In this document: positions 1-9,972 of the stretch, piece after piece
How positions within the stretch are numbered: position 1 is the stretch's first letter
Layout of the letters: each line of letters begins with the position of its first letter
Assembly (NCBI RefSeq): GCF_000400465.1
Contig: NW_008806282.1
Coordinates: forward strand, 360,001-392,000
Origin: Wallemia ichthyophaga EXF-994
Taxonomy: Eukaryota > Fungi > Basidiomycota
Length of the DNA: 32,000 bases
Direction: 5' to 3'
Notes under the pieces: generated by a model
Told to the model about the DNA's origin: nothing
The model's database searches: none
What the model saw: the letters and a program-made list of their open reading frames with translations, nothing else
Made by a program: the position numbers and the translations under genes

Positions 1-155
1 TTGGTGAGCCAGCGCCTTGAACCGCGCAAATGCTTCTGCGTACAAATGGATGATCCTTCCTCCACATCTTCTTCTCTTCCATAAGTCTAGTGCGGGCGAC
101 GCCTGACCTGTGGCTGTGTTATTTACTGGGTAGCATTTACAGTGTGTTGGTACAT
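1..155 (-). CDS. UBC9: SUMO-conjugating enzyme Ubc9, 5' end (gene continues off the left edge)
   Basis: Hand-spliced model: AT (155-154), intron 153-108 (46 nt, gtacc..cacag), exon 107-44, then an intron starting gtacgc at 43. Translation MSGVARTRLMEEKKMWRKDHPF matches the recognisable Ubc9 N-terminus (RL.EERK.WRKDHPF). Confidence 0.85.
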
Positions 156-194
156 GATTGTATTTAGTTAAGGGGTGTATTGTACAAATTATTC

Positions 195-1617
195 TTAGTT
201 GTGCTTATTCATCGCAGACGTCAGCTGGTCTGTGTAGTACTCGATTTGTTCCTCCAGCGTTACCCACGTTGATTGCAACGCGTTCATTTCTTGTTCGTGG
301 CTTAACTCCAGTTCGCGAGTCTAGGTTTGTGTGTCAGTAGCGATTTACTCAATATAGCACTCCCTCACATCCTGCTCCAACTTGGAGTTACGTTCCAGCT
401 TCCCCTCGTACTCTTTCCGCCGTTCCGTCCTCTCAGTGGAGATAACCTCGTGCTCGCTGCGGAATGCTGCCATCTGAGCGCGAATAGCCTCACGTTTCTC
501 TGTAGCCGTGCGCTGTGTGCGTTCGAGTCTTTCACGCGCGTTATCGACCTGTCTCGAAAGCTGTTGGAAGCGAACGGAGAGTGCGGTGTGATCTTTCTGT
601 TTCTGATCGATCCCATCACGCAAATGAGCTGAGTGTCTATAAGCACCGTCAACTCTACCTTGCTCGACTTCTATGACGTTTAAGACAGCGATACAAGCCT
701 GAATGTCATTGTTAAACGAGTCCATGTATTCGAGACGAATTTTGAGGTCCTTGGTGCGTTTCTCGAGCCCTGCTTCAGCTGCACGTTCGGCAGCTAGCTC
801 GTCTCCCATATCTGCGATAGCGCGTTTTTGGCGGTCAGGCGATTGCACAAGGCGAGCGGTGGAAGTGTGACCGATTTGCTGTGCATTGTGCAACAGACTC
901 TGATAATGCGTGATAGCCTTGTTGAGCTCCCCTTTGTGATTTTTCAGTTTATCAATCTCGCTCGCGAGGACTGTCTGGTGTTGCTTGAGGCGGGATAGTT
1001 CACTGAGGGCTTGCTCCATCTCTACGCGCGCTTGTTTCGCCTGTGGTTCATCTTGAGCGCGTTGTTCACGCAGCTGTGCAGTCGCACTGCGCAATCGCTC
1101 ATTCTCTCCAGCTAACTCACCCCGCCGCTCTTTCAACGCTTCGCTGCGCGCTGCCACACCGTCAACCGTCGCCTGTCGCTCTTGTTTGAACTTAGCAAAA
1201 TTCACAAGCGCGGATAAGATCTTGCGCGTGCGTGCGGCGTCTGGCCGCGTTAGGTCCTGCAGAGTGAAGAAATCGACCTGGGCGATCTTGGTGAGGTTGG
1301 TGACGTGCTGGTGGAACATCATAAGGGGGACAGAGTCAGCGAAGAGTTCCTGATAGCGTCACTTAGTCGATTGTCCTCGCACTGGAATAAACACCCACGG
1401 GAAATTGCATCCTGCCAAGCAAGAGCGTCTTGGGAGCCTCGAGGGACTCCGGACGTAGCCCCATGAAGTAGTCCAGACACGCCGCGTATATCATTTGTAC
1501 CACTTGCGGCGTCGGCCGGTTGATGTCGTCGGCGGAGATGCGCAGGTTGAAGTACTGGGGATCGCAGAGACACTGGACAAGCTCAGTGACCTTGAAGGCA
1601 GGCAGAACTACAGACAT
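195..1617 (-). CDS. NUF2: Kinetochore Ndc80-complex subunit Nuf2 (about 441 aa, 3 exons)
   Basis: Exons 1617-1399, 1349-369 and 320-195 join in phase 0 (introns 49 and 48 nt). N-terminal Nuf2 CH-type region (ELVQCL..ISADDINRPTPQVVQMIY; FTLQDLTRPDAARTRKILSALVNFAKF) followed by a long coiled coil. Confidence 0.9.
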
Positions 1618-1668
1618 TTGGTTTGCTGGATTCAATTTTTAATTTCTTATCGTCGTCGTCCTGGTGCA

Positions 1669-1682
1669 ACGCGTCGACGCGT
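1669..1682. promoter_or_regulatory. Tandem MCB-like elements (ACGCGT x2, perfect 14-bp palindrome) upstream of NUF2
   Basis: ACGCGTCGACGCGT lies 52-65 nt upstream of the NUF2 ATG, with a further GCGCGT at 1689-1694. ACGCGT is the MBF site in fungi; function here is inferred. Confidence 0.35.
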
Positions 1683-2691
1683 CGACGAGCGCGTTTAGGG
1701 GCGACAACGACGACGACGACGAATAAAAATAAAAATCACAGCCACAGAGACACACGGACATCACCGGCACAGCACTCCCAATGCGCCACTCCCCGCTACA
1801 GCTGGTAATGCACCCACACACTCAGCGGGACCACTCCGTCTTCCACAACATTGCGCCACGGGCGTATCACCTAACCTGAGGTAGAATATCGGTCAATGTT
1901 GAGGAGGTGTTTGTAAGGCCCTTGGAACCACGGCGTGGCTACGCACGTTCCCAGTCTCCCTATGCACCAGATGCACCAGACACACCACTCAACGACCACA
2001 TCTACACGCTGGGATGTGTTGGCTTTAAGTAGCACGCACACCAAGTTGCCAGTAGCGTATTCCTCCTTCTTGGAGTGTTTCTCCGCCGCTCTGAAGTCTC
2101 TGGTTCCCGCGTGTGGTCCCCGTCTTAACTGATGGTTTAGCTGTGGCCATGGAGTGCCTGGCAGGAGCTCTGGAGTGCTTGTCTGGGCGATAGTTTCCTT
2201 AGTCGGTGGTGTTAGTCTGCCGTCGCTGAGTTTGGTACTCGCATCACTAAATTGCCTCTGGAGCTGTCGCAGTCATCGGCTGTTGCTACGGTGCTTGGTG
2301 CGGTGCTCCTCTCAACGACAGCGCTGGACACGTCTCACTCGTGTAGAGTTTCGTACTCGCCTTCTCCCAGCAGAGAGCTGTTCACGAGTCGAGCACCTAT
2401 CACGCAACGCCCACGCTTGCTCGTGGCTCTGTCACGTAGCGCTGCTCAATGAGGTTGCTATTTGCAGGCAACAATGATAATCGGGTGGTGATGTTATTCA
2501 CGGGCAGTCCCCGTACTGCTGGAAGGTGCTGCGTTGGTGTGTCTGTCTCTCTCGCTGGAGTAGCTTCCTGCGTGCACCTTCCCCCCTCTTGTCTGTTAAG
2601 TACTAATCCCTGCACACAACTTGGTCTTACTAACTCTACTAGCGCGGTATCTAACATAAATATCTGCTACACGATGCAATTCATCCTTATT

Positions 2692-3189
2692 TCATTCGTT
2701 TTTCGCGTGCCCCCGTCTAAACAGGCAGCTGAGTATATACACGAATCCAGCCAGCGTGATTGCAGTGGTGGTGGCTGCGACCACAAATCTATGGTTACTG
2801 GATCCGGTGGGTATGTATACAGTAGAGGTGTCTTGTGTGCTTTGCGTGCTTGGTGTGCCCATGCAAGAATGGAACGTGCTAACCAGAGTACTCTCACTAA
2901 CGCCTGCGCGCTGTTTGAGGAGCGGGTATCTCGCGTGCACAGGCAGGGTGATAGACTGGCCATAGAGTTGTAATCTCAGTATAGTGTCTTGATTCGAAGC
3001 AACTTGCGGTATTTCAACGTCTGTGTCCCCCTCCACCAATTCAACAATCTCAGTAGCCCTATCCAGTCTAGAAATCTCATCCCAATCGACGTACAAACTC
3101 GATGGCAGTGTGAGTGTACTACAGTCCTCCTTCCCGCTGCCATCCAGCGTAACTTTAAAATGCATTGACTGGGCTGGATATATCTTCAT
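2692..3189 (-). CDS. PIGX: GPI mannosyltransferase I stabilising subunit, PIG-X/Pbn1-like (short form)
   Basis: Motifs LPSSLYVDWDE, GDTDVEIP, LPVHARY and IPTG, plus a C-terminal TM segment (VVAATTTAITLAGFVYILSCLF). ATG at 3189 (alternative 3165); single exon. Confidence 0.7.
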   Translation of the reverse strand: MKIYPAQSMHFKVTLDGSGKEDCSTLTLPSSLYVDWDEISRLDRATEIVELVEGDTDVEIPQVASNQDTILRLQLYGQSITLPVHARYPLLKQRAGVSESTLVSTFHSCMGTPSTQSTQDTSTVYIPTGSSNHRFVVAATTTAITLAGFVYILSCLFRRGHAKNE

Positions 3190-3199
3190 CGTTGTTGTA

Positions 3200-4726
3200 A
3201 TGCCACCACCAAAATCAATTTCAATCATCGGCGCTGGCATTTCTGGGCTCACCGCTGCATACCACGCCACGCGGCTATTCCCCGGCACAGCCATCCATCT
3301 ATTCGAACAGAGTGATAGATTGGGCGGGTGGATAGACAGCCAGCGTATTGATCTCGGCAGCCACGGCAGTGCGCTGGTGGAAAGTGGACCGCGCACACTA
3401 CGGCCGAGTGGCGTAGGCGGAGCGCTCCTGCTTGACCTGATCGACAAGCTACATCTAGAGAAAGAGCTGCTGACGTCCTCCAAAACCTCATCAGCAGCTC
3501 GCAACCGCTACATATACCACCCCGACAACTTGAACCGGCTTCCGTCGTCGCTGCTCGCCATCCCCGGTGCCTTACTCAGGCACAAGACATTGCGCTCTAT
3601 TCCGCGCGCTATCTGGAATGACCTCACCACACCACCCCAGCAGCAGCAGCACGACGAGCACGACGAAAGCGTCGACTCCTTCTTCCGGCGCCGCTTCGGG
3701 GATAGAATCGCAGACGACATCGCTAGTGCGGTAATACACGGCATATACGCAGCCGACAGTCGACAACTATCTCTCCGCTTCGCCTTCCCGCTGCTGCACA
3801 AGCTCGAGCAGCGCGCTGGATCGGTGGTCCGCGGTGCGTTTAGAGGTGTCGGTGTGGATGCGCGCGAGAAGGCGCTAGAGGAGGACATACGCAGTGCTAT
3901 CTCTCCCTCACTCACTCACGCCATGCAAAATGCGAGTATTTTTGCCTTCAAAGAGGGCATTGCGCAGCTAGTGACTTCGCTAGAAGGGGCACTGCAGCAC
4001 AGCAACGTCGCTATACACACGTCGACAGCTGTGGACCGTATCAGCCGACACAAGGACGCCTATACCGTCCATACCCAGACAGGGCTCGCCGTGGAGAGTA
4101 CCCACCTCATCTCATCCGTCCCCCTACCCGCTCTAGGCATGCAGGGAAATGTGAGTGAAAGCGAGAGCTATAGCGACAGTGTACACCACCTACACCGTCC
4201 AGACGTAACAGTCGTGACACTCGTGTATCCCCGCACCCCGCTGCCGATAAATGGTTTCGGGTATCTCATACCGCGCTCGACGCCCGCTGCGAGCAACCCA
4301 CACGGAGCGCTGGGTGTAGTGATCGATTCGGATGCCATGCCGCAGCAGGATCCAGCGCCACTGACAAAGCTCACCGTCATGCTAGGCGGGCCGCATGGAC
4401 TGCGGACAGAGGATACCGCCCAGCTGCGCCAGATGGCCGTCGACACCGTCACTAGACAGCTCTCCGCGCATTTACACTCCCCGATTGCCTCTACGGTTTG
4501 CGTGCAGCGCGCTTGTATTCCTACTTACCCCCCAGGCCATCTGTCCGCTCTGCAGTCACTCCATCACTCCCTCCTCAGCCACCACCACGGCCGTCTAGCT
4601 GTCATTGGTAGCCCCTACACCGGCATCGCAGTCGGAGATTGCGTTCGAAGCGCTTGGGAGGTCGTGCAAACGCTCAACTCTACAGGCACTGCTACCGGTC
4701 TCGAGCGTTTCCAGAATGCAGTTTAA
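3200..4726 (+). CDS. HEM14: Protoporphyrinogen oxidase (about 508 aa)
   Basis: FAD-binding IIGAGISGLTAAY directly after the ATG at 3200. PPO motifs ESGPRTLR, DESVDSFFRRRFG, HGIYAAD, GFGYLIP, LTVMLGG, CIPTYPPGH and G.AVGDCV. Confidence 0.95.
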   Translation: MPPPKSISIIGAGISGLTAAYHATRLFPGTAIHLFEQSDRLGGWIDSQRIDLGSHGSALVESGPRTLRPSGVGGALLLDLIDKLHLEKELLTSSKTSSAARNRYIYHPDNLNRLPSSLLAIPGALLRHKTLRSIPRAIWNDLTTPPQQQQHDEHDESVDSFFRRRFGDRIADDIASAVIHGIYAADSRQLSLRFAFPLLHKLEQRAGSVVRGAFRGVGVDAREKALEEDIRSAISPSLTHAMQNASIFAFKEGIAQLVTSLEGALQHSNVAIHTSTAVDRISRHKDAYTVHTQTGLAVESTHLISSVPLPALGMQGNVSESESYSDSVHHLHRPDVTVVTLVYPRTPLPINGFGYLIPRSTPAASNPHGALGVVIDSDAMPQQDPAPLTKLTVMLGGPHGLRTEDTAQLRQMAVDTVTRQLSAHLHSPIASTVCVQRACIPTYPPGHLSALQSLHHSLLSHHHGRLAVIGSPYTGIAVGDCVRSAWEVVQTLNSTGTATGLERFQNAV

Positions 4727-4783
4727 AGGGTGAAATTGGAATATATTTTCATGTTGATAACAATCTTCTACCTAATACATAAA

Positions 4784-7700
4784 TCATAACGCATATGGGA
4801 TATCATTCGTTATCCTCTGAAACTCGTCGTATGCAATTGAGCGCGAGTTCTCGTGTGCGTTCCTGATGACGCCGAGCATATACGTCGACGCAGCGCGGTC
4901 GTCCAAATGCAACATAAACCTCTCTCTCAGCCTGTATATTGTTCCCTCGCCCTTGAAAGAAGGCAACTCAGTACCGAGCATCAGTTTGACGACGTTGACG
5001 ATCTCGTGTGCGTAGATTCTAGCTGCGATGAAGCCCTTGATAATTAGCTCCTGGAACATCTTGTATCCATCACTATCTCTTCCACCCATAACTGTCACCA
5101 TCTCATGACTCAGTTTGAACGAGTTGGGCTCGAATTTTATCCCACCCGGTCCTATGTCGAACAGGAACCCAAAGTCAATGTGCACAATATGGCCCTCCCC
5201 GTCTATCATTATATTCCCGTTGTGGCGGTCCTTTACTTGGAGTATGTAGCAAATGAGCGAATACGCTGCCATCGATCTGATAAAGTTCAGTCTGCTCTTC
5301 TGGTACGCGAGGCTCTCTTTCGAACCGAAAGTCTGCAAGAAATATATAGCCAGATCATTCACCTTAGCTCTACCCATTTCATCTCTAGATGTAGCATTAG
5401 GGACGACGTCAATAACGCCGCACTGCGTGTATGTTAGTGAGGTACATGACAACGAAAGCAACCTACTCCCGGTCCAGTCGCAGTAACGCGGTACGGATTC
5501 AGATACAGTGCTATCCCCGCACTCGAGAAGATGGTCTTGAAAATAGCGATAGCCTGCAACGCAAGAACGTCCTGTCTGCAATCATCTCCCACTTTGAATA
5601 TAGCTGCCTGCCATTTTTCAAGCACCTGCTTCTTTTCCTCCTGCTCCGTGTCGAGAATCCCATCCGGCGACTGTAAATTGACGAACTCCTTGCGCACCTT
5701 GAACGTTGCCATGAAGGGCGCCTTGGCATGACTCTGCAGCGGCCTGCCTGACACCTTGTCGATGTCGACGACTACCCCGTCAGGGTTGCTGGGCAGGTAG
5801 ACGCCTGGATCTACATCTATCCGTTGCATCTCCTCGTCGATTTTGCTCTGCGGGTGGTGTGGGTATGAGTATGAGTATTGGCGAGGTGACAGTATCCCCC
5901 ACTAACCTTTTTCTCTGGCTTGCTCTTTTTCACGAACGGCTTCAATTTACCGGATATCGAAGTAACCGAGTCGAAGAAGGAGAACTCGCGTTCGAAGAAT
6001 TCCTTAGCATCGCCCGATAGCGAAGACACTATCATGTTGATCATCCTCTCGAGTAGCGGTTTCATAGGATCCTCCAACTCCCCGTTATCGTCTCTGTGCG
6101 TGTTAGCTTTCATGTTCCAGATGATCTGGTGGCAGAAGAGTTGGGAGATTTTTGCAGTCTCGAAGATGAATCTCTCTACATAACCCAGTTTATCGTCGCG
6201 CAAAGCCTGCACGATCTGGGGGACGTAGAAGAAAGTGAGATCGACCGAGTGGTGTTCGAGACACTTCATAGCGTACTGCAGCACGATACTGTGATTTCTA
6301 TACTCTGGTTGGAAATACGTTAGTGCGACAGAGGGCGATACTGGTGCCCAGAAGTTGAGGAGGCGCAGCGAAGAAGGTGAGACTTCATGCACACCGCCAT
6401 CCAATAAATACTCCAGACTCTCTGACACGTTTACGAAGCAATTAGTGTGTTTCCTTGTCAGTTTTTTCACCTCGCGCGAGATAGTTGGGGACTTGAATCG
6501 ACTGGCGAGACCCATTAGCAGCTCAGGTGAATGCGACCAGGCCGTGTGGACGTGTCTGTGCCACTCAAATTCAGTTATGGTAGTGCCCTGTATGAGTGTA
6601 GGAAGGTATCCACCTCTGTCGGACTCATTGAGTGGGTCGAGCCACACTTTCAGCTTGCTTATTTCGTTGTCAAGCAACAACTCGAGCAACTTCATTTTGT
6701 TGTTGTGCGTGCTGTTGCTGTGCGACTGTATCCTACCATCCGTTTTGACATTGTGCAAAAACATCTCCAGACACTGCATATCTGACTTGAGCTGCAGTTT
6801 ATTACCACCGAAGCACCATTGCGGCTTGAGATCGAACCACGCTAGGGCGCAGTGCAGCGTCGACTCCCGCATCATCGCCTCGGATGTCTCGTCTAAGGAC
6901 GACGACTTGAGCAGTCTGAATGCCGTGTTGAGGATAGTGAAACGCACCTCACGAGATAGTGGATGTCTGCTCATCAGCCCTGACTGCATAGACCGATGGA
7001 GACATTTCGAAACTGTGACGATAGCAATTGGATCATTCGACTCGACTGTGGTGAGAAGACCGTTGATGAGGTGAATAACATAGAGGTGTGGCAGAAATGT
7101 CTTTTTGATCGATATGCAGTGGCTGTTGAGCTCCTCCTCATTCGACGGCGAGTACTCAATGCCCGCGTGGAAAGGATCCATCTCTGAAGGGGAGAAGAGC
7201 CCCTTGCGCGCTTTGATAGTACCGAGCCACTGGCTAGAGATTTCCATAATAATCTTGGTCTGGAAATCGACGCGCTCATGGAATAGCCATGTCCACACCT
7301 CGAGCGCGATGGAGATAGAGTCGCCAGTGAACACTTGGAACGGGACCGATACGAGAAAATGTAACAGTTCAAAATCGAGCTTATTTGATGCTATTAGTAT
7401 TCCTGCACATCTCCACAATAGTCGCTTCAGGTCGGGCAGTGTGAGGTCGCACTCCTTATTGTATATCCCATAGAGCAAGTCTTGCGTCTGTTTCTTCAAC
7501 CTGCGCACATCCTCTTTGGATATCTCGTTGTCTGGGATCTTGTGCATTTCGTTTACGCCTGAGGGTTGCTTGTCGTTAGATTGACACATGCGTATATCCT
7601 CACTCACCCTTCTTCAAAGCCAACCTAACGCCAGTGATCTCACCGTTGGTTTTACAGCGCAGACCGAAGCGATTAGCGAAAGCACCGGCCAGATCCTCGT

Positions 7701-9954
7701 CGAGCTGGGATTTGGACGCGAGGTGGGAGTCATTAGGTGGTATTTTGAGTGAATATCTGAGCGCGAGAGAAGCACCATAATGTGTCGGCGAAGCCTCGTT
7801 AGTTTCGTCGAGGTATGACTGGTGGCGTTGTTAGTGAAGAGGCAGGTGGGTAGATGAGCAGAGTGAAACACGCACGCTCAGTGTAGAATTCAGCTCGAGG
7901 TTAGATCCAGGAAGAGCAGAGACGATCCACCTGTCGAGTGCGCGACTCAGTCTTTCCACCAGCCCGTTCTTCACCGCGGAGCTATCGGGCAGATCGATCT
8001 GGAAAGCAGCGAGAGACGAAGCGTAGTTGAATCTGAAAGAGTATTCAAATTCCATGTGATTAGCGCATGACTGGTGTAGCAGGCTGAGTAACTCGAGGAC
8101 AGTGTAGATGACGACGCTTTTTGACACCAGATCCGGTATGGCGGTAAGCACTCTGTCAGCGAAGCGGAATGCAATAGTGCGCACTATTTCTAACCTGTGG
8201 CACGACGCTATAAGAAGCGCTTTGATGTGCTCTAACAACCGCAAGTCGATTGATTGCACCTTAGACTGTGCGATCCATTCGCTGATAAAGGTGTGCGTGA
8301 GGAGGTCCGAGATGCCCTTAAGGCACTCGGTGGAAGACGCATCACTGAAAATATCCCCATCTAGGTACGCAAGTAGTGTCGATGGGCGACAGTGAGCGCA
8401 GCGGATGCCCTCCAGCTTGTAGAGCGTAATGAGCAACACTACTTGGTCAGATGAGAGATAGCGTATGTCGCCTGCATTCCTAGGGAGTATTGTGGTGAGA
8501 AAGGCGCGTTTTTCGTTGATTGCACTGTGTGCGGTGATGTCTGCCTGTGTGAAGACAAGCGCGGGTGATTTGAGAGCTATTTCGTGTAGTGCATTGCTGT
8601 CTGGTAGAGACTGTGTAGCTACTATGATCCAGAACTTGCGAAGCTTGGCTGATATACTGTCGCTTTCAGCGTGATTGTCATCATCACGCATCAGAATGGC
8701 AATTACATCGACATATTCACCGAGAGATACCTTATTCGAGTTGTTCTGGCTGGCCTGGATGAAGAGCTTTAAATAGTGCTCAAGGACAGCTGATGAAAGG
8801 TATTTGTCAGAGAGGGACTGTTTAGCCATAGCTTTCTGTGCATTGAACGAGTCGTCGAGATGGGCAATTGCCTTGGCAATCTCGATAAAAGTGGAATGAG
8901 GGGTGATTGGAGCGAGGGCTATGAGATGATGGGCAATATCGGCCGACTTAGGATAGGTATCTAAGTTTTGGAGGAAGATGGAAGTGGAGAGGTTGGTGAT
9001 TTGGGATCTGTTGAGTTGTAGAGTGAGGTGGGTGATGAGTGCGGTGGTAGAGAAGGAGAGGTGGTTTAAGAGTGTGTGGATGGTTGACACTAGGAGAGCA
9101 TCATCACCTGAAAATTTGAAAAGAGTGAGCAAACAACGGGAAAGAGAGGCGATGATGGCGTCGTTGTGGGTTGTACTGTGTAGAATATACTCCTTTAGAT
9201 GGTCGAGCGTATCACTAATGTCAACTTTGTTGTTTTGGGTTAGAATAGTGAGACTATCGATGAGGTGGAGTGTGTTGGTATTGAGGTGGGTTGTAAGATA
9301 CTCGCACCAATCAGATTTACAGTGAGAGAGGATGAAAGAGAGGGTGGAGAGATAGAGAGCATCAATATCAGCGTGCTCCTTGTACTTGATAGAAGATTCA
9401 ATGTGAACTTTGTAGAAAAATTGAACGTGTTTGTCGAGGATTTCGGGGATTGGGTGGGATAGAAGGTTTTCAAGGTCATTAAACCCAATAGCGCTAATTA
9501 AAACGCGTAATAAGAAGGCAGAGTCTGATCTAAATGGCTTGTGTGCTCTTATCAAGTTATCTAGATTCCAATTGAAGTATTGTAGATGAGGGTATGTGAG
9601 TGGAGTGATTGAGGCATTCTCAATGAGGAAATCGAGCAAACGATCTGCAACGGATCTACCCACGTCATCTTTGGGGATTTGGGTTAAACGGTTAAGAATA
9701 GCGTTGCAGAGATGAACATGATCTTGGTAGATGTAAAGCTGATCAAATAAATCATCCACTGAGTTGTTAATTGAGTTGTAAATCAGATTGAAATCTAGCC
9801 ATTGATAACTCAGTTTGTTCTCCGTAGATGGCTTATAATCCACCAAATCACCAACATCTCCTAGTTCCTTTAAAATCAATAGATTTAAATTGTTTTCAAT
9901 TCTAACTTATAATCAGTCTAACGCCCTCTTAACCAACAACACCCACCTCGACAT
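4784..9954 (-). CDS. STT4: Phosphatidylinositol 4-kinase, type III alpha (Stt4), multi-exon
   Basis: First coding exon ATG TCG AG (9954-9947), intron 9946-9902, giving MSRIENNLNLLILKEL. At least four further introns join ORFs 7831-9879, 5817-7607, 5434-5829 and 4784-5581. PIK helical domain (TFFYVPQIVQALR) and catalytic motifs PLQSHAKAPF, FKVGDDCRQD, QVKDRHNGNIM and HIDFGF. Confidence 0.95.
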
Positions 9955-9972
9955 CGCCGTTATTCTCCAACG

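Noticed and set aside
1650-1725. (CGT)n/(CGA)n short repeats near the NUF2 promoter
   Set aside because: Short microsatellite-like tracts with no further structure.
3190-3504. Upstream extension of the minus-strand 270-aa ORF through the HEM14 coding region
   Set aside because: PIG-X-like motifs begin only after about 3189. The extension starts at TTG, has no recognisable features and is antisense to a conserved gene.
6355-7074. 239-aa plus-strand ORF
   Set aside because: Antisense shadow of STT4 with Ser/Leu-rich composition and no domain motifs.
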